This document shows, piece by piece, positions 22,529 to 31,493 of a stretch of DNA of 64,000 nucleotides. Source of the DNA: Desulfovibrio sp. (GTDB taxonomy: Bacteria; Bacillota; Dethiobacteria; DTU022; UBA8154); the NCBI GenBank assembly GCA_020060185.1, contig JAGVAS010000056.1:3734-67733 (forward strand), given 5' to 3'. The notes under the pieces were generated by a model. The model worked only from the letters and a program-made list of their open reading frames with translations. It was not told the origin of the DNA and made no database searches. The position numbers were made by a program, and so were the translations under genes. Position 1 is the stretch's first letter, and each line of letters opens with the position of its first letter.

Positions 22529-24631
22529 CTAATTTTTGTATACTACTTTAGTAGTATGAGAGTTGGGACATAAAGTTAAATGGAAGGATCCTTTCAGGTA
22601 GGCATAGGCCAATATTTCGGCCTGTTGGGGAGTAACGGCGAGGATTACCATGTCTCGCGGATTTTTTTCTTCATTTTCTTTTTTCCCACTGCCATCTTTG
22701 ATTGCCAGTATTAAGGCATTCTGAACAGTTGTAGAGGCAGCAGGAACCCTATTTAAGCTCTTTTCTTCATAAGTAATCAATACGTCCACCCTATCCCCCG
22801 GATTGATTAGCCCACAAAGCCCGGTTACCTTATTTACAGGAATGGAAATACCACGCATATTTTCCGGTATCCGGCTGGACAGTCCCTGCCGGTTTTTGCC
22901 TTTAGCTTCAGAAGAGAAAGCATGTGCAACTTTTATTTCTTCTGTTAAAACCCCTATTTCTTCTGTTATACCCTCTTCTACTTGCTCAGAACGCAGGGTG
23001 ACAGGTAGACCCTGTTCTACAACATGACTGGAATTATTTTCGACGATAACTTTTTCTGTATGATTTGTATTTTTAGTATTAACAGAGTCCTCCAGGTTTT
23101 GATAATCATTGTCATATTCATTTTCAGTAAACTCGTTTTCATCCTGCATGTAATTTGAGGCCGTAGGTTCTGGTTCCATAGAGTTTTCCTTATCTTCATT
23201 TGTATGTGTATCTGTATCAATTAAAGTTTGTAATTGATCGGGAGATGTTTCGCTATTCCGAATCCATTCCATAAATTCAGCGGCCACAATAGCCTCCCCG
23301 TGAGCCTTCAGTTTATCAAGGCACCCGGGAATTATCCCCGTAGCAACATGTTTCCCGATAACATTGCCGTTACCATCAACTTCTGAATGTTCAAAAACGA
23401 AGATATCCTGTAAAGTGATGTTATCCCCTTCCATCCCTACTACTTCGCTAATCCTGGTGATCCTGCGGCTTCCGTCACTGAAACGGGATTGTTGAATAAT
23501 TAACTCGATGGCAGAGCTGATCTGCTCCCTGATGGCACGTAAAGGCAGCTCCATACCAGCCATCAGGACCATGGTTTCCAGGCGAGCCAGGGCATCCCTG
23601 GGGTTATTGGCATGCAGAGTGGAAATAGAACCGTCATGGCCGGTATTCATCGCCTGCAGCATGTCCAGGGCTTCACCGCCCCTGACCTCCCCTACCACGA
23701 TACGGTCCGGGCGCATACGCAGGGAATTGATTACCAGCTCACGAATGGTAAACTGCCCCCTGCCCTCAATATTTGCAGGCCGGCTTTCCAGGGTAACGAC
23801 GTGATTCTGGCAAAGCTGCAGCTCAGCGGTATCTTCAATGGTAACGATTCTTTCTTTATCCGGGATGAAACTGGAAAGCACATTTAAGGTAGTGGTTTTT
23901 CCGCTGCCGGTCCCACCGGACACAATGATGTTGATCCGTGATCGCACACAGGACTTTAAGAACATGGCCATCTCCCTGGTCATGGTTCCCAATTTAATTA
24001 ATTCTTCTACAGTAAAGGGATCTTTGGAGAATTTCCGGATAGTTATGGAGGGTCCCTTAAGAGCCAGGGGCGGGATAATGGCATTAACCCGGGAACCATC
24101 AGGCAACCGGGCATCGACCGTTGGAGAACTTTCATCTATTCTTCTTCCCAAGGGAGTGATAATTCGGTTAATGGCATGCAGGACATGATCGTTATCCCTG
24201 AAGGTTATATCCGTCTTGGTAATTTTACCATCACGTTCTACAAAAACATTATCACAACCATTTACCATGATCTCCGTAACGGAAGGATCATTAAGCAGTG
24301 AGTTAATAGGCCCGTAGCCGAAAATCTCGTCCAAGACGTACTGGATCACCTTCTGCTTGTCGCCCTGGGAAAGGTGGCGGTTGCTCTCTTCAAGCAGCGC
24401 TAACAGGGTATCGTAGATCTGCTCCGTAAACTGCCTCTTTTGAAAGGCATCCAGTTTTTCCAGATCAATAGTATTATCTACACTGTCAATCACCCGGCGA
24501 AGGGTTTCGACGGCGATATCATCCAGTTCCTTTTTCTTATTTACACCCTGCTCCCTGGCAAGCAAATGAGGTCTTGCCCCGTTGATCTTTACAGCCTGTT
24601 TGGAAAACACCGCCACCCCACCTTTTTGCAT
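22529..24631 (-). CDS. fusion protein: CpaF/TadA secretion ATPase paralog + acidic linker + CpaB-type C-terminal (RcpC beta-clip) domain
   Basis: 700 aa. Residues about 1-450 are roughly 75% identical to CpaF (16183..17532), with IIVSGGTGSGKTTTLNVLSSFIP. Residues 450-580 are a D/E/N-rich low-complexity stretch. The C-terminus GISIPVNKVTGLCGLINPGDRVDVLITY...QQAEILAYAYLKGSFHLTL parallels the CpaB C-terminus. Confidence 0.75.
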   Translation of the reverse strand: MQKGGVAVFSKQAVKINGARPHLLAREQGVNKKKELDDIAVETLRRVIDSVDNTIDLEKLDAFQKRQFTEQIYDTLLALLEESNRHLSQGDKQKVIQYVLDEIFGYGPINSLLNDPSVTEIMVNGCDNVFVERDGKITKTDITFRDNDHVLHAINRIITPLGRRIDESSPTVDARLPDGSRVNAIIPPLALKGPSITIRKFSKDPFTVEELIKLGTMTREMAMFLKSCVRSRINIIVSGGTGSGKTTTLNVLSSFIPDKERIVTIEDTAELQLCQNHVVTLESRPANIEGRGQFTIRELVINSLRMRPDRIVVGEVRGGEALDMLQAMNTGHDGSISTLHANNPRDALARLETMVLMAGMELPLRAIREQISSAIELIIQQSRFSDGSRRITRISEVVGMEGDNITLQDIFVFEHSEVDGNGNVIGKHVATGIIPGCLDKLKAHGEAIVAAEFMEWIRNSETSPDQLQTLIDTDTHTNEDKENSMEPEPTASNYMQDENEFTENEYDNDYQNLEDSVNTKNTNHTEKVIVENNSSHVVEQGLPVTLRSEQVEEGITEEIGVLTEEIKVAHAFSSEAKGKNRQGLSSRIPENMRGISIPVNKVTGLCGLINPGDRVDVLITYEEKSLNRVPAASTTVQNALILAIKDGSGKKENEEKNPRDMVILAVTPQQAEILAYAYLKGSFHLTLCPNSHTTKVVYKN

Positions 24632-24664
24632 TACTCTAAAATAGATACCCTAAGCGAGGAATAA

Positions 24665-24700
24665 AAATAAAATCCCGGCCAGGCCGAGAAAAAGGACATT
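24665..24700 (-). terminator. intrinsic terminator (expression platform of riboswitch 2)
   Basis: Minus strand CUCGG-CCUGG-CCGGG hairpin followed by AUUUUAUUUUUAUU; lies between the aptamer and the ATG at 24631. Confidence 0.55.
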
Positions 24701-24721
24701 AAGGGTAGTGAAAAAATCAAA

Positions 24722-24845
24722 AGTCCTGTCTTCGGCAACCTGGCAATCATAGCTCATTTAGAGCCTTAGACCCATGGCTTTGCGTCCCATCCTTTTGGGT
24801 GGTTTGCCTTTATCGGTCAAGGAAGCTATTTCCTTACCTCAATCA
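24722..24845 (-). ncRNA. cyclic-di-GMP-I (GEMM) riboswitch aptamer, copy 2
   Basis: Minus strand GGCAAACCACCCAAAAGGAUGGGACGCAAAGCCAUGGGUCUAAGG...GCCAGGUUGCCGAAGACAGG matches the GEMM-I consensus (GGCAAACC..GAAAG..GGGACGCAAAGCC.CGGGUCU). Confidence 0.75.
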
Positions 24846-24860
24846 TATTCTTTTAATAAT

Positions 24861-24889
24861 ATTATACAAAAATTCAGACACCCCTACAA
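24861..24889 (-). promoter_or_regulatory. sigma-A-type promoter for riboswitch 2 / tad operon (TTGTAG-17-TGnTATAAT)
   Basis: Minus strand TTGTAG (24884-24889), 17 nt spacer, extended -10 TGTATAAT (24861-24868). Confidence 0.5.
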
Positions 24890-24918
24890 GCCTTATTTTA
24901 CAATTCTGTTACTTAAAC

Positions 24919-26139
24919 CTAAGAAACATTCCTGAGAAAGATCTGGTTAGACACCTCCAGCGAATTAAGGTAGAACTCTTTAACCTCCTTTTCCTCCAGC
25001 TCCAATTTGGCTGCCTTCCTGGAAAGCCTTTCCCAATCACCCGTTTCATAGGCTAAAATTAGCTCATAGATATCCCTGAACCTGCTTTTACCCCCCAGCA
25101 AGGCAGTTTTAATATCTTCAGAGATGGGCAGTTGCGCCAGGATATCACTTAAAGGCTGGTCCAGAAAAGCGTCCATCAGGGAAAACATCCCCATGAGAAA
25201 AAGATCGGAATTGCGGTTCTTCAGGCCGACCCTGGGGGCTATCAACTCGCAGAACTTGGCCCGGCAGATAGCCGTAATGATCAGCTCATCAGGTTTATTC
25301 TCACCGATGCTTTTGAGGGAAATCAAGGAAAGCCATTTGCTGATCTCTTTCTTGCCCAGCAAAACCAGTGCCTGCCGGATGGAGCGGATTTCGCTACGAA
25401 AACCAAAGGCCAGGGAATTAATAAATTTAAGCAGCTTGTAGGAAAGGGAGACATCCATTTTAATAAGCTTCTCCAGCCTGTCAAAATCTAGTTCCGGCTT
25501 GTTGATCTCCTGCAGTATTTTAAGGTAGGTAAGCTTGAAGCTGGGAATATCCCGGCCGGAAACGATATCTGGTTTACTGAAGAAATATCCCTGAAAATAG
25601 GAATAGCCCATTTCCACAGCCTGGACAAAATCCTCCCTGGTCTCCACTTTCTCCGCCAGAAAAAGAGCTTTATGCGGCTCGATTCTCTGCACTACGGCCC
25701 TTCTTTGTTCTACAGGCGTGGTTAGAAAGTCAACCTTAATGATATCCACAAGGTCGAGGAGGGGCTTAAAGATATCGTCATAAAGAAAATCGTCCAGGGC
25801 CAGGAGGTAACCCAGTTCCTTTAACTTCCGGCAGGCAGCCAGCATCTTCTCGTCCGGCTCGATATCCTGTAAAATCTCTACCACGATAAGATCGTTGGGG
25901 AGAAGAGTAGCAACATCATTTTCCAGCAAATTTCTGGTGAAGTTGATAAAAGCCTTTTTCCTCCTAGTAAGTGTCTCCAAGCCAATGAGAAGAAAGCTGT
26001 TGGTAATAACTTCCGAGGAGGCCTGGTCACCGTTCAGGCTGGAATAGAACTTATTAGCCCCGGAACGGTATAACAGCTCGTAGGCGTAAACTTCCTGCTG
26101 CTTGTTAAAGATCGGTTGCCTGGCCACATAGATTTCCAT
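24919..26139 (-). CDS. EAL domain + HDOD domain protein (c-di-GMP phosphodiesterase-type signalling protein)
   Basis: 406 aa; EAL-domain motifs ARQPIF...YELLYR, IKVD, AEKVET, FQGYFFSKP; C-terminal HDOD-like helical region. Confidence 0.7.
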   Translation of the reverse strand: MEIYVARQPIFNKQQEVYAYELLYRSGANKFYSSLNGDQASSEVITNSFLLIGLETLTRRKKAFINFTRNLLENDVATLLPNDLIVVEILQDIEPDEKMLAACRKLKELGYLLALDDFLYDDIFKPLLDLVDIIKVDFLTTPVEQRRAVVQRIEPHKALFLAEKVETREDFVQAVEMGYSYFQGYFFSKPDIVSGRDIPSFKLTYLKILQEINKPELDFDRLEKLIKMDVSLSYKLLKFINSLAFGFRSEIRSIRQALVLLGKKEISKWLSLISLKSIGENKPDELIITAICRAKFCELIAPRVGLKNRNSDLFLMGMFSLMDAFLDQPLSDILAQLPISEDIKTALLGGKSRFRDIYELILAYETGDWERLSRKAAKLELEEKEVKEFYLNSLEVSNQIFLRNVS

Positions 26140-26353
26140 AGCCTGCCTCCATTTCCTTTCCTGATCTTTCAGCCCTTATCTGCTTTTCTTTAAACTCTTA
26201 AGATTCTCCCCGGGTAACGGCCAGCTGCCCTCCCTGGTAGCGAACGCGCATGGACAGGTCCTGGTAGTTCTGGGCCAGGTGGCTGGTCCGGGGCAGGGAG
26301 GCAAAGTAGTTAAATTACGAATGATTGAACTCTCCGGCAAATAGTTACTTTCT

Positions 26354-26452
26354 TTACCGGGGAACATTTCTTAAAAAGAACAATAAGATAAAAATGACGA
26401 TAGCGGCAATTAAAAGTAATTTTTCCGCTTGCTTTAGTGATTTGTCGCTCAT
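26354..26452 (-). CDS. small hydrophobic peptide ORF (32 aa) immediately after the riboswitch-1 terminator
   Basis: AGGAGGG 6 nt upstream of ATG; MSDKSLKQAEKLLLIAAIVIFILLFFLRNVPR is a single TM helix; hypothetical. Confidence 0.3.
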   Translation of the reverse strand: MSDKSLKQAEKLLLIAAIVIFILLFFLRNVPR

Positions 26453-26480
26453 GCTTGTCCCTCCTGCGAGGGACCGACAA

Positions 26481-26510
26481 ACCGAAAAATCCCCGGCCAG
26501 GCCGGGGATC
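26481..26510 (-). terminator. intrinsic terminator (expression platform of riboswitch 1)
   Basis: Minus strand CCCCGG-CCUGG-CCGGGG 6-bp GC stem followed by AUUUUUC. Confidence 0.65.
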
Positions 26511-26540
26511 AGGGCTCAAAAAATATCAATAAATACAAAA

Positions 26541-26668
26541 CCCCTGTCTTCGGCAGCCTGGCGATCCTGGTTCATAAGAACTTTAGACCCATAGCTTTGC
26601 GCCCCACCCTTTCGGATGGTTTGCCTTTGTCGGTCAAGAAGTTACTCCTTGCTTCTTTATAATACTTT
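26541..26668 (-). ncRNA. cyclic-di-GMP-I (GEMM) riboswitch aptamer, copy 1
   Basis: Minus strand GGCAAACCAUCCGAAAGGGUGGGGCGCAAAGCUAUGGGUCUAAAG...GCCAGGCUGCCGAAGACAGGGG; about 85-90% identical to copy 2 including the expression platform. Confidence 0.75.
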
Positions 26669-26675
26669 TAAAATT

Positions 26676-26704
26676 ATTATACCAAAGTTTAGTTTTTTCT
26701 GCAA
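26676..26704 (-). promoter_or_regulatory. sigma-A-type promoter for riboswitch 1 (TTGCAG-17-TGgTATAAT)
   Basis: Minus strand TTGCAG (26699-26704), 17 nt spacer, TATAAT (26676-26681) with upstream TG. Confidence 0.5.
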
Positions 26705-26824
26705 GTAATGGAATAAAATTTTTTCAAATAACTATTATTTTTCTAGTTGGGATAAAAGTTCACTAGAATTCATTCATGAAAGCAAAAGAAATAACTCAAG
26801 AGAGGCAAAGATGGTTTTAAGCTT

Positions 26825-27809
26825 ATGCCTCATTCCTTCCAGCAGATCGCGAAAAAGTATGGCAGGATTGCTGGTATTAAGCGCAATGTTTCCCCAACAC
26901 GGAAGCATGTGCAGGTTATGCCAGAAAGTGCCGTCATTGGCGATACCAGGTTTTCTTCACGCACAAATCGGAGTTTTTTTGAGGTATACTGTAACGGGGC
27001 CTGGGTTCCCCTTATTGTAAAAGGGGTAAATATTGCACCGCCCTGCCGGGAAGATACTTCACCCAGTTTCCCATGAGCAGGGAAGTATATTACGGCTGGC
27101 TGGAGCAGGCTGCCGAACTAAATGTCAACACTATACGTCTCTACAGCTCCTTGATCCTCTCTTCTACCAGGTTTTTCAGGAATATAACCGCTCGGTAAAA
27201 CCTGCAAAGAGGTTATGGCTCCTGCAGGAGATCTGGAAAAAACTAGAAGGGTATGCAGGGGGTATAATTTTCGAGCTAATGGACGAATGGACAAAAAAAA
27301 CCTGGATTACCGTACCGTATATGGTACCCTTCGAGCGAAACGCCTACTGGCACAACGCTCTCTGCCCGGAACAGAATTATGGCTTGTTAGCCATGGAATC
27401 AGCAAAAGTACCCTTTTTTGAGACAGGCCCCTTCTATCTTCAGGATAGCAGTCCTGAGAATACGACGGCAAATGCCGGGTTATCAGGAAAAGAGCAGAAA
27501 GTAGTGGAATTAAGAAGGCTTTGGGTGGACCACAATGAAACTTTTCTTTACCTCGGGCTGGAGCTGTTCACAGGCGGAATAGCAGGCACGGCCGGCGGTA
27601 AAGCTATTAGCGGGTCCTTTCTGCCGCCAGGCACCGGCCTTTTAATTGGGCTGGATACCATTGGTCCTGAGCGAGGCACAAGGCGCCTGCCCCTTGAAAA
27701 GGAATATTCTCCCCACGGCCTGGAATATGTTATGCTTTTCCGGTTTATCAAGAGATCCGCAACCCTCTTCCCAGGGGGCATTTTTCCTTTGGAAGCCTGC
27801 ACAACATGA
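26825..27809 (+). pseudogene. degraded copy of the GH-A family lipoprotein glycoside hydrolase (paralog of 38642..41059): internal deletion plus frameshift
   Basis: Two overlapping + ORFs match the intact paralog (FFEVY..GAWVPLIVKGVNI; LLDPLFYQVFQEYNRS...LWLLQEIW; GGIIFELMDEWTKKTWIT...) but lack the central roughly 270 aa carrying the NEP acid/base and EFG nucleophile motifs. Confidence 0.6.
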
Positions 27810-28521
27810 TGCTGTCACGCACCTTGGCCATAATTTTGAGCTTGCTGGGGCTCTTCTTGCAGTCGTAATACACCACCATAGGGACCTCGCTTATTTTGCT
27901 GCAAAGCGTCGCGAGTTTCAACAAAAGCTCAACAGTTGCCGAAAAAGTCCTGGAGATAAGCAAAGGGTCATCCACTTTGTTACAGGCGTTTTTGATAAGC
28001 TCTGCCCGGTAAGCACGAAAATTAACGGCGTAATCGGTTACACCGGCAAGGGGGAAAACCAGGCGGTAATATTTTCTTGCCCCAAGGCTTAACAGGCGGC
28101 GAAAAAGGGGGACCCCTACCTGCCCCCCGCCTTTTACAAAGCGGGAGGCGAGTGCTATTTCTGCGCCTTCCAGGACCGCTCTTACCAGCCTGCCGATGAT
28201 CTCGCCGGGATGGGTGGCATCGGCATCCATGGTTACAATGAAGGTAGAATTCATTCTTACGGCTTCGTAAAAACCTGTCAAGATAGCCTGTCCCAGGCCC
28301 TTGTTTTCAGTATGAGACAGTACTTTAACCCTGGAATCACATTTTGCCCACTCCATAACTTTCTGAAGAGTTGCATCCCTGCTCCCGTCATTAATGATAA
28401 TTATGCGGTAATCGCATCCTTTAGGCAGTGATATGCCGCGCTCAAACATGCTGCGCAGTGCCGGAACAGACAGCTCCTCGTTATACATGGGTAAAATGAT
28501 GGCAACAAGTCTTTCTGACAA
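27748..28521 (-). CDS. GT2 polyprenyl-phosphate glycosyltransferase (DPM1/ArnC/GtrB-like), copy A
   Basis: 257 aa; AIILPMYNEE...IIIINDGSRD...VTMDADATHP GT-A DXD-type motifs; about 85% identical to 44655..45437. Confidence 0.8.
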   Translation of the reverse strand: MSERLVAIILPMYNEELSVPALRSMFERGISLPKGCDYRIIIINDGSRDATLQKVMEWAKCDSRVKVLSHTENKGLGQAILTGFYEAVRMNSTFIVTMDADATHPGEIIGRLVRAVLEGAEIALASRFVKGGGQVGVPLFRRLLSLGARKYYRLVFPLAGVTDYAVNFRAYRAELIKNACNKVDDPLLISRTFSATVELLLKLATLCSKISEVPMVVYYDCKKSPSKLKIMAKVRDSIMLCRLPKEKCPLGRGLRIS

Positions 28522-28536
28522 CTTCTTTCACCTCCC

Positions 28537-28914
28537 CTACCGGTGTAAAAAAAACACGCCTGCCAAGATCAGAGCAAGCCCTGCAACCTTGGACAATGTA
28601 ATATTTTCTTTAAAAAGCACCATCGAGAAAGTAAAAACAAGAATATAAGAAAGGCCGGCGCTCGGATAGGCCCTGCTGAGCTCCATGCCGCTAATAACCT
28701 TGATCCACAGGACCATGCTGGCAACAAAACAAAAGACCCCGAATAGCACCCACCCATTCGTGAATATCTCTAAAACTGAATAAGGCAGAGCCGTCCACTC
28801 CAGACTAAAATCCCCAAGCCTCCCCGCAGTATACTTTAACAGGATCTGCCCGCACGACCCCCCCAAAATAGAAAAAAGCATTAATGACAAGTCGCTTTTC
28901 AACCCATTTTCCAC
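28537..28914 (-). CDS. 4-TM EamA/SMR-like small membrane protein (ArnE/ArnF-type putative polyprenyl-P-sugar flippase), copy A
   Basis: 125 aa, four hydrophobic helices, GQILLKYTA motif; paralog of 44221..44586. Confidence 0.55.
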   Translation of the reverse strand: MENGLKSDLSLMLFSILGGSCGQILLKYTAGRLGDFSLEWTALPYSVLEIFTNGWVLFGVFCFVASMVLWIKVISGMELSRAYPSAGLSYILVFTFSMVLFKENITLSKVAGLALILAGVFFLHR

Positions 28915-30287
28915 CTCTGCTTCTTTTTAGTTTTCCCAGGAGAAAAAAACATAGTTTTCAGCGAAATGTGATAGGATCTTACCATCTCCTTAAGCTGGAT
29001 GACAGGGTTTTCCACCCTCCAGCTTTGAGGTTCCGTTAAAACCAGTATTATACCGGCTAATCTGAACCAGTACACGAGAAACCTGAAGAAAGGCAGGAAA
29101 AACAATATCCACCAGATTTTTTTCAGACCTTCCCGGTAAACCTCCGGAATAGCCCTGTAGTAGAAGAGCAGGCTGACGGCATCCAGGATAATATAACAGA
29201 AGAGGAGCACGGCCAATGAGAAGAAAACTGTCTGCAGGGCATAACCTATAAAATAGAGAAAAAAGATTAAAAATGTCCAGGAGAGGCGGGAAAGAGCCAG
29301 GGTATGGTCGGAGACAAACATACGGCCTAGATAATCCCACACTTTTATAGCTATACCCTTGCTCGCCGCCGAGTGAATGGCTATCGTTTCTATTTCCCCC
29401 CTCTGCCAGCGTGCCCTTTGTGAATACAGGCTTGCCAGGGAGCGGACCGGTTCAACGTAAGCGACGGCGTCCAGAACGCACCCCACACGGTACTTTTTAT
29501 TCTTAAAGGTCTTTTTAATTTGAAAGGTCAGGTCGGTATCTTCGGAAACAGTGCGCTCCTGGTACATGAAAGATTGCATGAGTACATCCCGCCGGAATGC
29601 AGAAAAGGCGCCGGAAAGGGTAAACAAAATGTTTTTTATGTTTTGATAACGCCGGCCTATATTAAAAGCGATCATATATTCTATGACTTCACAGAAGTTT
29701 ATAATATCCATGAAAGAAGAGCCTTTCCCCAGCTCCTTATCAACCCTGATAAACCCTGTAGCAGCAGCCAGCTTGCTATCTCCTTCAAAAGTCTGGACAA
29801 CCTTCAAGAGTGCGTCCTTATCCAGCCAGGTATCGGCGTCCACGTTTACAATATAAGCGCCGTGGCCTGAATAAATGCCGGCATTCAATGCTATTGACTT
29901 GCTGGCCCTGTCCAGAGACTTCCAGGCAACCAACAACTCGGGATGAGCGATTTGAAAGCGCTGGAAAACATCAAAGCTGTTGTCCCGGCTGCCGTTGTTA
30001 ACACAAATAACCTCTATTTTCTCCCGGGGATAGCTCTGCATATATATTGATTTCAGGCACTTGTAGAGGGTTTTTTCAGAATTGTAAACAGGAACGATAA
30101 CGGTTATATACGGTTGGTATTCCAGGGTGACCGGGTTTAAAAGTTGTTTTTCTTTCTTTGAGTGAAAATAAAGCCCCCAAAAGCAGTTTACGGCCGCAGC
30201 TACATCCACCAGGAGCGGAGCGAGCAGCCAGATACCCCAGTTAAGAATAAGGCGCAAAGAGTTTTCCCACAAGATCTCAGCGAACAT
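28899..30287 (-). CDS. processive GT2 beta-glycan synthase (D,D,D,QxxRW family; IcaA/PgaC/cellulose-synthase-like), copy A
   Basis: 462 aa; ITVIVPVYNSE, NVDADT, SEDTD, QRARWQRGEIE (QxxRW) with N- and C-terminal TM helices; about 80% identical to 45450..46850. Confidence 0.8.
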   Translation of the reverse strand: MFAEILWENSLRLILNWGIWLLAPLLVDVAAAVNCFWGLYFHSKKEKQLLNPVTLEYQPYITVIVPVYNSEKTLYKCLKSIYMQSYPREKIEVICVNNGSRDNSFDVFQRFQIAHPELLVAWKSLDRASKSIALNAGIYSGHGAYIVNVDADTWLDKDALLKVVQTFEGDSKLAAATGFIRVDKELGKGSSFMDIINFCEVIEYMIAFNIGRRYQNIKNILFTLSGAFSAFRRDVLMQSFMYQERTVSEDTDLTFQIKKTFKNKKYRVGCVLDAVAYVEPVRSLASLYSQRARWQRGEIETIAIHSAASKGIAIKVWDYLGRMFVSDHTLALSRLSWTFLIFFLYFIGYALQTVFFSLAVLLFCYIILDAVSLLFYYRAIPEVYREGLKKIWWILFFLPFFRFLVYWFRLAGIILVLTEPQSWRVENPVIQLKEMVRSYHISLKTMFFSPGKTKKKQRWKMG

Positions 30288-31493
30288 TTTCTACATTCTC
30301 CCTAACTTTTAGAAGCGTGGGCTGTGTTAAAACATACCAGTACAGCAAAATAATAAAGACGAAAAAGAAAAGCCGCCCGATGAGGGTATGGGCCACAAAG
30401 TTAAAGTTCCTGCCGCCGCTGTAAATAATGGCTATTACTATCATCATGCGCAGCATGTTAAAAAAGAGCAGGGCAATGATTCCCGCCAGAGAATAAAGAA
30501 TTTTCTTGATAAAACCGTACGCGGGGAAAAAGAAGAGCAACCCCAAAAAGACAGCGATTTCTAAGATAGCAGAGCTTTCTATATCTATATCAATGTAGTC
30601 CAGCTGTTGTCCATTTTTATAAATACCAAAATAGTCCCTGGCGCTTTATCAAAAACATAGGTTGTAATATCCACGTATTGCAATAAATGGTGCAGGACTA
30701 GGCCGGTCCAGTACTCAATGCGGTACTCGAGAAACGAACCCCGGAAAACCATGATGAAAAGGAATGTAAAACCTACCGCGCTCCAGATATAGTAAAAAAG
30801 CCAGATGCGGTGACGGTAGAGCACAACCGACCCCAAAAGCCAGAGCATAGCAAAAACCGTTATCTTTCCTCTGTCCCTTACCATAACAGGAAACGGCTTC
30901 CATTGAATATCTCCTTCTGAGGGCAGGCGGTCGCCTTTAACAGCAGCGCTGGAAAGGTAAAACCTGATGTATTGAGCAGGGTAAATGTGGAGGTCGGCCA
31001 TGGGAATACTAAATTCAAAGCAGCTGCCGCCGCTTATAGACCCTTCTCCCCAGTCCCCCTCGTAGGTAGAAAGCAGCTTTCCCTGTGACGAGTACAGCTC
31101 TACAAGCACTTCCCCTGTATCATGACCCGGCTTGTAAAGCACTTTTGCAAACTTATCAATGCCGTCATCATAGCTGCCGTTATCGTTAATGTCAAAAGAA
31201 AGCCTGCATACAAAACTGCTCCCTGTCTTAACCGGCTCAAACAGCTCTATCATAAAATACAGGTTTCTTTCGTTCTCTTTAGTCCCCCAGGACAGGGATT
31301 TAAGTTTCCTGCCGATCGAATCGTTATCTTTATAATCGGACAGGTAGGAAGCGCGCCCTTTCCAGTCGTCAAATTGCCCGTCCAGCCCAAATTTCTGCAT
31401 AAACCATGACCCGGGAGGCCACAATAGTATGACGGCCGCGCATAATACGGCGATGAAAAAATGAAACAGGCGCATATTATATCCCAGCTTCAC
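30277..31493 (-). pseudogene. frameshifted paralog of the 404 aa synthase-partner membrane protein (split into 302 aa + 89 aa ORFs)
   Basis: Versus the intact copy 46834..48048, copy A reads ..SWTTLI* where copy B reads ..SWTTIDIDIESSGILEIGVF..; a 1-nt deletion in the ATAGA(C/T)ATAGATAT run shifts the frame, and the C-terminal TM part continues in the +1 frame. Confidence 0.6.

Noticed and set aside
26310-26519. 69-aa ORF in the six-frame track
   Set aside because: It overlaps the riboswitch-1 terminator hairpin and lies in a different frame from the well-positioned SD–ATG micro-ORF, so it is probably not translated.
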